From the NCBI GenBank assembly GCA_020891255.1, contig BQFW01000009.1, forward strand, positions 1 to 64,000: a DNA stretch of 64,000 nt, given 5' to 3'. The notes beneath the pieces were generated by a model. That model worked only from the letters and a program-made list of their open reading frames with translations. It was not told the origin of the DNA and searched no databases. The DNA comes from Entomortierella parvispora E1425. Taxonomy: Eukaryota; Fungi; Mortierellomycota. The position numbers and the translations under genes were made by a program. This document shows, in pieces, positions 22,048 to 33,936 of the stretch (the first letter of the stretch is position 1; every line of letters starts with the position of its first letter).

Positions 22048-24099
22048 CTGGCTGGCATTGGTGGAAGGCCGTTGGCGCTTGGTGCCTGCCGATAACGATG
22101 GCTTTGTTAGAGTGCTAGGACCAGATTCGCACACGTCGTGGTCATCTTCCTCAGCATCTTGGTCAGATACTTCGGCGTCGCTACCATCTGAACCAAAGTC
22201 TTCGTTATCACTACCAGGCTTCTGTTTTTTTTTTGATTTGCCTTTTTCGGAGACTTCTTGTACGAGCCGTGCTGCGATATACACGATACAATCGTGATTG
22301 AACAGGTCCTTGCTGTCCCTTTCGAATGGTGACCTCCGAGCGTCCTCGTTACAATATCTCTTTAGGTTCAGCTGGAAATCGTCTGCAACCAGGGGGACTT
22401 TGATAGAAGGACTCTCCATGAGATCGGTATCGCGGATTTTAAAAGCCTCAGGGAGAATTTGACGAATATCGAATTCATTGGTGGAGCCTTGCTCGGAATG
22501 AAACCGTCCTTGCAGCACCTACAAACCATAAAAGGATCACATACGGTCAATTGCCAGCTCATTTTGCTCCACCAGTGCATGTCCATTCGTTCACTAACCT
22601 CTAGTTGGGCCATGGCGAGTGCCGACTGGAGCTCCTCCATATGAGATGACATTGCTTCCTGTTTTTGAGTCAGCAATTCTTTGATGGCCGTTTTATCGGC
22701 ATCTTGAAAGTCTTTTCGCAGAACCTTCTCTAATGGTACGGAGATGGTTCGCAGCTGGACCTCAGGTTCCTTCTCCTTTGGCACAGAGTCCGTCTGTGAC
22801 CGGTTCTTGTTCACAGCTTTTTGCCATAGCTCATCAAAGTTATCCCGAACTGTCTGGAGGTATTCGTGATGCGGAGCCCAGTCCTCTCCCTCTTCCATTT
22901 GGTCGGCGATGTCTTTTTTCTCGTTCTTCATTTGTCTGGCGACATCAGCTGCATTCCAACTGCCCGGTGCCATATGGTGATCGGGCTCTATGACAGACGT
23001 TGTTTTCGCTAGGACTGTTTGAGGCGTCCTGACTCGGCCTAGTTCCTTAGCCTTCACGGTGTCGCGTTTAGTTCGCAGAGATTGGTCATCGACACTCTTG
23101 ACTTTGAGTGCCTTTTTAACTTGCAGGTCGATCTCGTTTGTCAAAAAGCGACGGCTAGTTGAAGAGATATTATTGTAAAGACGATTTTAGAACAAAACAA
23201 AAAAACAAAAAAAGACGGATATAAATATTAATGAGCTTACCACTCAACTGTAAGTGCTGGCATGGCCACATCCATCTGAATTTTCGGAAAATTCCTCCCC
23301 TGAATCTTCTTCTTGAAGGATCTAAATTCCGCAAGCCCGGGGCGACACAGATCCAGCGGTCGATCTTGCGGCGGGTTTCGAAGGAGCGGCCGGGGAAGAC
23401 TTTGTGAAACGAGAGAGCAGGAGAGAGGCGAGTATGTCGAGACTTGTTCGAAGGAGTTGCCCACGTGCAAAATACCGACATACAAACAAGGCGGTCCTGT
23501 TGGTTTGTAAACTTGGGTGTGTAGCCGTGTGGATGGAATAACAATGGCGACATTGAGGAGTTCGGCCAGGCGTCGTAGTAATAGCCTTGTAGGGGGTAGG
23601 TCCAAAAATTCGCTATTGGTGTCCTCCATGTTCCCGATGCTTATCCTGAAGTTTGTTGTCAGTACTTTGTTCAAGACGCCAGCAATTATTCCCGCAAGAC
23701 TCTCTGCTCCATCATCAACGACAAGACCGTACGCGTCTTGTAGGACCTTTAAAGTTCCGCCAATTTTTTCGTTGCGAGGCAAAGGCTCGGGCTCATCACA
23801 GACGCGCATCAGTTGACGCTCAAGCGGGAGGTCTTGTGGTTCAAGTCTTAAGCATGCGTGGGCTCGTTTCAAGAATTCGTCATCGTCTTGAAACATAATG
23901 GATACCTGCAAATGAAGAAGGGCATTAGCATTCCAAGCATTTCCAAAGTCTGTTGTTGTCTAGCTGTGGAGTCAATGAGGGTTGACCGTCATCGTAGTAA
24001 ACATACCGAATTGTCCGTGGATTCCAGGACTTCAAGTTGTTCCACGAAGGACTCGCCGGGATCGTCGTCTAATATTGTGTCGTAATCGTTTCCCTCCAT
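22048..24099 (-). CDS. Unknown multi-exon protein (gene X) interrupted by the Ty3 LTR, join(24099..24007,23905..23241,23154..22599,22518..22048), 595 codons
   Basis: Four exons join in frame through GT-AG introns. The frame runs directly into the LTR at 22047 and stops inside it (21982). Confidence 0.7.
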
Positions 24100-24530
24100 T
24101 GTTCGGGAATGGCGGTGAAGAGGGCAAGGTGCAGGAAAAAGTCCGCGCACAGAGCGCGTTCATCAGAGCACCTTCAAACTTAAGGGGTGTATTTTTTGTG
24201 ATCTTTCAGTAGGCTCGACCCAGCCCTCTCTCCTCACCACGTGACCGCCGCAGGTGGTCATGTCCTCGTAGAGGGGCTGGCGGCAAATGTGGCCCTTTAC
24301 ATAGGATGAATATAAAAGGAAGGTGCTTAAGGGTTGTCATTAAGGGTTTGTCGATCTGGGTCACATCGCTGTCGGTTGTCGAATCACAACGCCTCCCAAC
24401 GATTCACCTTGTCACATTCCTTCCCCACATGCCATCCCATTCCTGACATGCCTTCCGTTTTCTTCTGTCTTTCCTTTGTCATGTGTCAAAATTTAGTCAG
24501 AATATATTACTTGATGTGAAAACCCTCCTT

Positions 24531-25412
24531 CTAGTTGTTTTTGTTCCTCTTCCCGAATTGCAGCCCACACTCGGTCGGCCTGTAGTACTTCTGGTCGAGG
24601 CGTGCTCGTCTCAATATCTGCGAAGCTGGGGGGCCACTAGAGCCGCTGGAGCCAACAGAGGGCCTAGAAGGACTTCGTGCTTGATGATAGGGACTGGTCT
24701 CCCTAGGGCTGGGCCCCCTTGGATCAGATTTCATTTTCGAATTGTACTGGTGCTGTGCAAGAGAACTGGAAGTAGAGCTTGAAATCCACCTCTCGGTTTT
24801 CTCATGAATGCTAACAAAACCTGATAACCTCTCGTGCATTTGATAGGTCATGTTGTCCAAAGATTGCAGTCGACGCGAAAAATCCGCAGTATTTGAATCC
24901 ACTTTCTCGTTGAGCTTCCTGAAGAGATCCACGACTAGATGTTGTGTCTTTGATTCTTGATCCGTAGGTGGTCTGTACTGCTCACTAGTGCCAAGTGTGG
25001 CGGAAGTAGAAGGGGGCGATGAAACAGCCAGAGTTGAAGTAGGTGACTACAAATGCCACAGGAGACAAAAATAAAAGACATGGCGTTAAAATCTACATTA
25101 CAGTATATGATGCGAACTCGCATTAATCCATTTGTCATCAACACGACGTACCGGTTCTGAAGCTGGCTTGGGCAACAGTGTGGCGGAGTAAAACTTTGGT
25201 ACCACATGGATATTTTTCTCCGATAACTCTTGTATCAACAGGGGCTTGATGAGAGTACATGCCTTTTGGAGCTTGCGCCCTTCAATGTGGTCCTGTAGAG
25301 TTTGAGATCTCGAGAAATCCCTCCCGCAGACGCATACGTGTGCGAAGAATTGAATCTTAACATCACCCTTGGGAATGGTGATAGTAACACTGAATTCAAT
25401 GGGCTTGGGCAT
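24531..25412 (-). CDS. Third gene inside the Academ element: zinc-finger-like + coiled-coil protein, join(25412..25152,25046..24531), ~258 aa
   Basis: CVCGRDFSRSQTLQDHIEGRKLQKAC motif. A phase-0 GTACGT..GTAG intron joins it in frame to the helical exon DLFRKLNEKVDSNTADFSRRLQSLD. Confidence 0.55.
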
Positions 25413-25679
25413 GATGTTTTTGCGCTTGATGAAAGATGGAGGTGAAGTGATGCTGTCTGCGGTGTGGAGAAGAGAATTGATGAGGAAAATAGAGAAAAAT
25501 GAGAGCGTATCATCCCCTTTAAGTATGTTTTTGCAATTGGGAATGCGATCAAGTATCGAAGGCACACAAAGCGGTCCACGGCGCATTGTTGGGCTTGATG
25601 TCAGTGCGCGAACGAGAATAGTGCTGGCGCGTATGCAAAGAGTGCGTGATCAAAGAGGCACTGACACATGAACAATTGT

Positions 25680-25985
25680 CGCGTATGCAAACAGTACGCA
25701 ACAAAAATCGCATGGGAATAAAGGGGGGCCAGTGAGTCCTGGCGCGTATGCAAACAGTACGCAACAAAATCGCATGGGAATAAAGGGGGGCCAGTGAGTC
25801 CTGGCGCGTATGCAAACAGTACGCAACAAAATCACATGGGAACAAAGGGAGGACAGTGAGTCCTGGCGCGTATGCAAACAGTACGCAACAAAAATCACAT
25901 GGGAACAAAGGGGGGACAGTGAGTCCTGGCGCGTATGCAAACAGTACGCAACAAAATCATATGGGAACAAAGGGGGACAGTGCGT
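25680..25985 (+). repeat. Tandem array of five ~62-bp units inside the Academ element
   Basis: Unit GGCGCGTATGCAAACAGTACGCAACAAAATCRCATGGGAAYAAAGGGGGRCAGTGAGTCCT, with a partial sixth copy at ~25625. Confidence 0.95.
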
Positions 25986-26554
25986 GTGAAAACAGTGCCC
26001 GATCAAAGGGGTGCTGGACAGAGCTGATTTCATTCATTCAGAATGAAGGTTGAGACGAGGAACAATGCGAACACCAAGGCGAAGAACAAGGTGAAGGACA
26101 AAGCGAAGGACGAAGCGAAGAACAAGGCGAAGAACAGGGCGAAGAACAAAACGAGGACAAAGCGAAGAGGATATGAAAGGAAGAGGTGGGCGGCGCCCGA
26201 GACGAAAAAGAGAAGTCCCTGGACACGGAGTGCAGGCCGCACGACTCAACTTCTTGTCGATGGTCGCACGTCCACTCGAACACGAACCTTTCTCCCTCCC
26301 ATGTCGTCCCTTGTCTTCCTATGCCGTCCCTTGTCTTTCTATGCCGTCTCTTGTCTTCCTATGCCGTCCCTTGTCTTCCCAGGCCGTCCTGTGCCATACG
26401 CTATCTTCCCATGCCTTCCCGTAACGTCCGCTCTCATTTCATGTCTTCCATGAAGCGCTCTCCTCCTTTCATCGTTTTCTCAAGCTTCGAACTTCACTCC
26501 ATCGACATTCTGCCTTACGCAAACACCTGTTGTTGAGCCCTCGTCTTTCGCAAA

Positions 26555-28914
26555 ATGAATCCTTCACCAACGAAGCGACCATTCCAGTTCGTTGAAAGCC
26601 TGTCTGTTCAAGAGATTGTTTTCGAATTCATCGGACAACTGGAGAGGCATCAGGTCCCATTATTAGCTGCCTTGCGAACTTTGTTCAATTCTGACTCATC
26701 CAGGCACTGAAAAGGTGTTGACCTATTTCTATCGGGACGGCGGGGCAGCAGAGGTTGTCGGCATTTGGGCAGCAACGAACAAGGATAAATCATTCAACAA
26801 GGCTGTCACGGCCATCGTCGTCAAAAATGGAGGTGCAGAACTCAACCGTTTGTCCAAAGTTGAGGAACTTCGACATCCAGCAAACGCGATCGACCTCGAC
26901 AAACTCCAAACATTCGAGCTTGACTTCATTCAACAACACATCGAGGCCTGCGCTCCAACTGTTCTTGAAGTTATAAAAGGACTTGCCTCTGTCAACAGCG
27001 TCAAGAAATCGGCTTCCACGATTGTGATGATATGTAGCGTTCTCCTCTTTCTTCGGAGCCAGAAGTCGAATCATTTCCAAATGATGATGGGCCTCTACCT
27101 TTACAGCTGTGGAAGTCCAAGTGCCGTGGTTCACCTTCTGTCCAAGGCTTCAATCTCTGTGTCGCACACCTCAGTTTTGCGTGCTCTCAAGGGTAGGTGT
27201 TTCTGAACCTCCCATGAATCGTACTTGAAAGCGCCTGTGCCATTGATATTTTCGTAATCTTAACGATCGCTATAACGCTGCACGCACCATAGGAATGACG
27301 GATGCCGCGCTGGAGAAGATTCGTAAGGCTGTGGTTGACAAGCCTTGGTATCTTGTCTATGACAACATCAACTTTGCGAGTCGAAAATCGGACCAGCGGA
27401 TCGACAATTCTGACTCATTTGAGAGTGGCACCATGGCTACAGTTGTGATGATGGATGAGACGATTAGCCGTGATGATATCCGGCTATCATACCACCGACT
27501 TTGCCTCTCAGACCTCATACCTGGCGCTGACAGCTACGGGCACATGCAGGCTGTCACGGAGAACGCTCTACTAAAGGTTCTTGCTCGGTCATCCAAGGGC
27601 TATGATTGCTGCCGCAAGTCAGATCCAGCACGAGACAAACTAGCCACAGTGAAAACCGTCGCTCACCCATTGCCTTCAATGCATATTGATCAGTCAAGCG
27701 TCGCCGGAAACCTGGAGGTGCTCAATACCATTATGGAGAAGACGCTTCGACTACCTCAGGCGTGGTTCGACGACAATCGAAAAATCCTAGTTGCAGGCGA
27801 CCAGCTTACCATCAGCAGGATCTCGACGGCAATGGAGTACAAGGCAGTCGATGTCTCACCATTTCATCGATTACAGTTCGCAATGCCTTGGTTACAGCTT
27901 TTTCATCTGGAGATGGCGTTCTGTGGCCTCATTCTCCAAACTCATTGGGGTTTAGCAATTCAGCCAGGGTCGTTACATTTCAACACAGTTTTTCTGAAGC
28001 GGAAGCGGGTCAGCCTGAAAGATTTTGATTTCCACGCTGCGCACGAACTCCTGGAACACACATTTGAGGCGATCGTCATACGAGTTTGGGAAGTCTATCT
28101 CGTAGATCTACCAGTGGCTGCTGAAGGGATGAGCAGTGATCAGCTGCAGGAGATTGTAGCAGAGAAGGTCGGACACATTGTGAACGATCTCATATCGCCA
28201 GATCAAGATGAACTGCTTTATCACAGCCGTACAAACAGGAACATGGCCCTCCTTCTTCGACACCTGCTTTACTACTTCGAGCTCCGCGCAGCAATCAGAG
28301 CCGGCGACGTTGGCAGGATTGAGGAGTCGCTGAGATGGATCACGATCATGTTTCAAAATGGCATCAACAATAACTATGCCCTGGAGCTGTTGCGTGTTCA
28401 TTGTGCCATCCGATATACATTGACCCCCGAAATGAAGAGAAGATTCATGGCAACTTGGTTAGTTAACACTAAGGGCAAAGAAAATGGATGGATTCCGACC
28501 GACATGTATCAGGAACACAACAACAAAATAATGAAGGCTACCTTTGAGTTGAAAGGGAGCAACTCAAAGTGGGATACGCGAGAGTCATCGATATCGGTCA
28601 ACATCCGCACCTTTGAGGCAATTAGGAAACAGTTTGACGAATGCTTCAATCGGACCCACAACTCAAGTTACCATTCAGCTGTCTCAGCAGAGAAGGATAT
28701 AAATCAGCTCGTGTTGAAATTTCGCCAGTGCAATATTCTGAGCGAAGATTTTAGTGCCGGGGACCCTGATTTCGAGATAGCTTTGGACAAGGATCTGTAT
28801 GCCTGTGGCCTGGCACTCTTGGTTGAATCGAGAATTGATAATTTTAAAAAAACAGGGACATTAGATGACAACGAGGATGAGGATGAAGATGCTCCAGATG
28901 ATCCTTTTCAATAA
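26555..28914 (+). CDS. Academ-type transposase, join(26555..27192,27293..28914), with one apparent +1 frameshift at ~26696
   Basis: LVYDNINF, VAGDQLT, LFHLEM and DMYQEHNN motifs (D, D, H, E). Phase-1 GTAGGT..CATAG intron. The N-terminal frame MNPSP..LFNSD continues as HPGTEKVLTYF only if one base is removed. Confidence 0.8.
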
Positions 28915-29098
28915 ACTTACTGCTCTTGCCTCCGAGTAGAGGAGCAGGAAACTAATTAATGTTTATTGCGGGATTGCAGTGCTGAAGAGCTCTTCATACG
29001 AGGGCATAGTCAGTATGAACCGTGGGTCAGGGTACATTATGTTGGTTATGGTACGTTGGTATCATGGGCTGACTACCCCATCTAATTGCTGATCTATG

Positions 29099-30706
29099 TC
29101 AGTGGTCCCAGCTTTCAGACATAAGCCGAGCCACCTCGGAACGAGTTTTCCGTACTGTATCCTGAACGAGATCAGAAAGCTCCTTGAAGTGGCTTGGTTT
29201 CCAAGGAGACCAACCGACGAGGGTTTCCTTCACGTCTTCTGCCCGTAAAATTCTGGGAGCTCTCTTGATAAGCTTCATAATGCAATCGTCGGATAGCAAC
29301 ACCTCGGGTTTGAACTGCAAGAAGGTGGTAAGAACAATCTCATCGTAAATCCCTTTACGCCATTTCTTTAGCGCCTTTCCTAGAGCAGCCCTCTCCTCGT
29401 AGTCAAGTAACTCGCCCTTGCGGATGGGTGGAAGAGGCTTGTTTCGGCGAGAGGTAAATGGTGGTAGTCCAGCAGCGTGATAATCCTTTTTACAAATATC
29501 GCAGCAGTTTTCGGCAATAACTCGGGGAGCATTGCGAAATATGTTGTTAAGAACCTGTCGACGACATGTCTTTGTCGCCAGGAATTCATTAAGCTGTACG
29601 TCCTCGTGCTTGGCATATTGTTGCTTGAGTGTACAGTATACAATGCCATATCCTTGCATATCGGGGCTTCGCGCCGCACGTCCAAGTCGCTGAACAAGCG
29701 ATAAGACAGAATCCGGAACTCCAAACTGTATAACACAATCAACATCACTGATATCACAGCCCATTCCGACCGCGTCGGAAGCGAAAAGGACTCGAACTTC
29801 ACCCCTCCTGAACTTCTCCATAGTGTCAGACTTGTATTCGTCAGACAAGATGGCAAAGTAACTTGCAAACTGGCCATTTGGTCCGGAGAGGTTGAGCAGG
29901 TGCTTATGTGCTTTGTGTAGATCCCGAATCAACTCAAAATAGACAATGGTTTTCCTCTGGTCCGTCAGGAGAAATTCGAGAGTGATGGCCTGTGGTGAAT
30001 GAGTCCGCATCACCATGAGCTTCACATTGGGCCTGTCATTGCCGGTATTAATGACTGGGACATTGAGTGCAAGGTTGAGGGATGCCTTGACTGTATGAAG
30101 AACGTGTGGGGGCAGAGTGGCAGACATTGCTACGAAAGCAACATGAGGTGGGAGCCGAGGGCGTAATAGTCCGAGCTTTGAGTAGTTTTTCCTGAATTTT
30201 GCCCAGGTGTGGATGCAGTGGGCCTCATCAAGGACAACTGCACGTAGCTGATAGTGCCACCGTGGACTGGACCAGAGTTCCTCCACCAAGTCGTTCTCGA
30301 AAATGACTTCTGGTGTCATGAAAACTGCTCGGAAGACACCAGCGGCAAGCTTGGCAATTTCACCGGGATTGATTGACTGGTCTCCACCGCCTAAGAGGCA
30401 TAGACTTCTAATACCAAGGCTTTCCAGTTTTCCATGCTGCTCCTTCATGACAGCTCGCAACGGAGACACAATAACAATAACACCTCGGTCCCAGAACAAC
30501 AACGGCAAGAAGAACACCAGCGACTTGCCCCAGCCGCATGCAGCAATGAGAACAATGTCCTTTCCATGACCAATGGATTTCGTTACTTGCAACTGCTCGC
30601 TCTTTAGTCGGAACCCGAATTGATTCCAGCAAAGCTCCATTGCATTGTTGGGGATCTCCTGAATGTTGAAGGAGGGATTAACGTCGGAGGGATTTAATGT
30701 GTCCAT
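29099..30706 (-). CDS. RecQ-like SF2 DEAH helicase of the Academ element, ~535 aa
   Basis: AACGWGKS, IVSPLRAVM, VLDEAHC, MSATL, FASDAVGMGCDI, QRLGRAAR and CRR..NCCDIC zinc site. Intronless ORF. Confidence 0.92.
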   Translation of the reverse strand: MDTLNPSDVNPSFNIQEIPNNAMELCWNQFGFRLKSEQLQVTKSIGHGKDIVLIAACGWGKSLVFFLPLLFWDRGVIVIVSPLRAVMKEQHGKLESLGIRSLCLLGGGDQSINPGEIAKLAAGVFRAVFMTPEVIFENDLVEELWSSPRWHYQLRAVVLDEAHCIHTWAKFRKNYSKLGLLRPRLPPHVAFVAMSATLPPHVLHTVKASLNLALNVPVINTGNDRPNVKLMVMRTHSPQAITLEFLLTDQRKTIVYFELIRDLHKAHKHLLNLSGPNGQFASYFAILSDEYKSDTMEKFRRGEVRVLFASDAVGMGCDISDVDCVIQFGVPDSVLSLVQRLGRAARSPDMQGYGIVYCTLKQQYAKHEDVQLNEFLATKTCRRQVLNNIFRNAPRVIAENCCDICKKDYHAAGLPPFTSRRNKPLPPIRKGELLDYEERAALGKALKKWRKGIYDEIVLTTFLQFKPEVLLSDDCIMKLIKRAPRILRAEDVKETLVGWSPWKPSHFKELSDLVQDTVRKTRSEVARLMSESWDH

Positions 30707-31329
30707 TTGTCGCCTGGTCAATTGGTGCTACTTTTGTAAGAATTTAATAAAAGAGGCTGATGGAAAATAATACTGTGAAAGACATGGAAGACAACGGATG
30801 GTATGGGAAGGAAAGAAAGGGAGGGAAAGAAAGGGAACATAAGAAAACGGAAGGCATGTCAGGAATGGGATGACATGTGGGGAAGGAATGTGACAAGGTG
30901 AATCGTTGGGAGGCGTTGTGATTCGACAACCGACAGCGATGTGACCCAGATCGACAAACCCTTAATGACAACCCTTAAGCACCTTCCTTTTATATTCATC
31001 CTATGTAAAGGGCCACATTTGCCGCCAGCCCCTCTACGAGGACATGACCACCTGCGGCGGTCACGTGGTGAGGAGAGAGGGCTGGGTCGAGCCTAATCTT
31101 TCAGCTTTATTTTTACGAATGGGATCAGTTTCATTGATCGCAGTAGATATGATCACGTGGTGTTGTCTTTAGATGACTTCAACCGTATTTTTTGAACGCA
31201 TTCGAGCGCATCCGCATCCTTCCCTCTCTCGTTCTCTCCATCGCAACCAATCATCAAGCCGGCTTATTCACGCACTCATTTATCAATCAGCCATAACACT
31301 TACGCGAACCATCCAGTACTGTCTCCGCG

Positions 31330-33936
31330 ATGCCAAAGGTCGTCTCCGCCATGTCAAAAAGCAAAGGGAAAGTGAAAGCGACCTCAAATAGCACGCGCGG
31401 ACAGGGTTCAACAGAGAGCCCAATGAGCCAACCACAAAGTTCATCAGGCCGTTCTGTCGAAGTTGACAACACCATGGCCAACAATGCCATGGCCAGCAAC
31501 ACCGAAACCAACGATTACTGGTGGGTCTTGAACGGAGAAACCACTAGGAATTCTGTCAAGGTCAGCCTTCCTCTGACAGCCGACGTTAGTGACCTCAAGA
31601 ACAAACTCAAAGAGGAGAATTCAAAGACTTTCGACGGTTTTGATGCACCAGATATCATTCTTTGGAAATGGCCCATCCTCCCCGCAGCCGATGATGGGAA
31701 AACACCTGTCACGGTCAAAGGCTTAGCTGAAGAAGCGATACTTCACCCGAAGGCACTCCTTGCTAGCCAATCGATCATCAACAACAAGTCCATTTCCACG
31801 TACATCATTGTCCAGCGACTTAAATCAGGTAATGCAATAGGCTTCGTTTTCTCTTTTGCAAGAGCTTGTCTGTGAGAATGTATTGTATTATCCTTGCGTC
31901 TTATTTACCGCGCTCCTTTTTGCTTCCAACAGACCTCAAACGAGATCACGAAGACGACGAAGGTGAGTCTATTTTTATACGCACTTTGCTGCAATTGTTA
32001 TCATTTATCCAACCACATGTTACAAGGATATTTATTAGATTACTGATATTACGTTTCGTTTCCTTTCTCCTGATAGGGTCCCTGTCCAAAAAAAGCCGTC
32101 TTGATCTGGATGACGCGGTGGTGAAAGCAATCAAAGCTGCTGGTTTTGAAAACATAGGCCTGGTGGAGGGCGAAGCGGCTCTCTCTGAACTCAACAACGA
32201 ACAAAGACGCAAGGTGGTTGAATTCATGGGCAAGAGGGTTGGCAGGAGGGATCCTTTTCGCTCGTTGACAACTGCTGCTCTCAAGTTACGAGGTGCCGAC
32301 TTCAAAGCCATGGACAAGATGTCAGCCCCCGACTTTGCCCCGCTTCCAGTTGTCAAGACAAACGATCTCTACATCAGACAGACATACCGAGATCTTTACA
32401 ACATAATCCTCGAAAAATTCGGAAGTATCGATCCAGAAGACCCCGACCCTCGGAATCATATCGTCGCTGCAGGAACATCTGGGATCGGCAAATCAGCTTT
32501 TTTGGTCTACTTCGCAGTCCGACTTCTTGCTGAGAGTTACGACAACGACCCTCCTATCATCATCTTCCAAACCAAACAGAGCACCGAGTGTTATGTATTT
32601 GGAGGGTGCAATACTGTCCGATCAGGAAATATTGCGGACTTCTTGACTTTTCTCCAAGAACCCGACACATGGTATCTGGTGGATAGCTCTCTTGATCCAA
32701 GACTTGAGGTAGCCAGGACTATTATATCAGCTTCTCCGAAAACACTGCAGTTGAATGCTGACTATGACGACATCGATAAAAGGGTGGATGAGCCTTACTA
32801 CATGGCGCCATGGAGTCTGGAGGAATTACAGACCTGTCGTGAGAGGGTCAAAGGCTTTCAAGTGGTTCCTTCGGCACTGGTGGCAGAACTCTATTCACAG
32901 ATAGGCGGTGTGCCTAGATATGTGCTGGAAAGACCGATGTCGGTATGTTATGCACAGAACTCACAACTTTTTTCTTGAGCATAGCTGTCCTCTTGAAGAC
33001 AATGAATACCCGGGCAAGTTTTTACATTCACTAACGGCTCTTATAATTTATCACAACATTTTGCATTGATAGAAATTGAAAGGAGGGGCCAAGGATCTTA
33101 GGAAAGCCAAAGAGAGCGCATGTAAACGTGTCAATGCTGCTCTTGATGCTGTTAAGGATTCAACAGTGCTGTTAAAGTACTTCCAAGAAGGAAGAGACTC
33201 GCTGGAGTTCAGCAGCCGTTTGATCCACCGCTGGCCCTTGGATGAGGACCATAGCAAGTATACATCGGAATGGGCGTCGGAGTTCATCAGAGACAAGGTT
33301 GCTAGTCAACTGGAGGATGACGCTTTAAGAAACATACTGAAAGCCCTCATGAATAATCCAGGTGGAAGTGGGAGTGGGCTTATGTTTGAAGCATTCGTCC
33401 TCCGTGCATTCCGAGAAGGAGGCCACACCTTTGAACTCAAGGAACTCGAAACTGGAGAACCCGCAGAACTCACTCACCTGAAGATTCCTCTGAAGCCGGT
33501 GGTCAACACCTTCCTTACGATTACTGGCACAAAGCCGGATCAACTCTGGATTCCGAAGATTTGCAACTTTGCCTGCGTTGATTTTTTGTTCTCGTGCGAA
33601 AACCTGTTCCAAGTCACGGTATCCGGTACCCACCCCATCAAAGGGCAGCTGTTCTCGGAGCTTATCGACAGTCTCAAACAACGTCGATGGATTAAATCAC
33701 CCGCAGAAGCTCGGCTTATTTTTGTTGTTCCCGAACACATCTTTGATGGTTTTCCGAAGCAGAAATACCACACAACAAAAGGGCATAATTACAAGGATAT
33801 CAGGAGTATGCCTGGTAATATCCGCTCAGTGAAGCAGTTTGTGATGAAGATAAGTGTGGCATCAGCTGCGGCTGGTAAGTCACCTGGGTTGGATCTGGTG
33901 CCCACCAAAACAAAGGGGCGACTACAGAAGAAATAA
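31330..33936 (+). CDS. CRN2: Crinkler-family effector (basic leader + Ubl + NTPase + REase), join(31330..31828,31933..31962,32077..32942,33073..33936), ~752 aa
   Basis: YWWVLNGE..DVSDLKNKLK..IILWK..YIIVQ header, AGTSGIGKS Walker A, and FEAFV..NFACVDF..LFQVTVS nuclease motif. Three GT-AG introns give one open frame. Confidence 0.9.

Larger units (their letters stand above)
24210..31095. mobile_element. Complete AcademH-type DNA transposon (6886 bp)
   Basis: 255-bp TIRs 24210-24464 and 30841-31095 (1 mismatch seen) starting TAGGCTCGACCC. Exact 9-bp TSD ATCTTTCAG at 24201-24209 and 31096-31104. Encodes a convergent DDE-like transposase and RecQ-like helicase, the architecture described for AcademH. 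Confidence 0.9.

Noticed and set aside
25680-25985. 62-bp array as a CRISPR-like locus
   Set aside because: Units are contiguous tandem copies with no unique spacers, in a eukaryotic context with no cas genes.
26043-26453. Lys/Ala-rich ORF upstream of the Academ transposase as its first exon
   Set aside because: Built from 12-bp and 20-bp simple repeats; I could not find splice sites joining it in frame to the transposase.
29099-30706. RecQ helicase as a telomere-linked helicase (TLH/Y'-type) gene
   Set aside because: It lies inside TIRs with a 9-bp TSD and is paired with a transposase, so it belongs to the Academ element.
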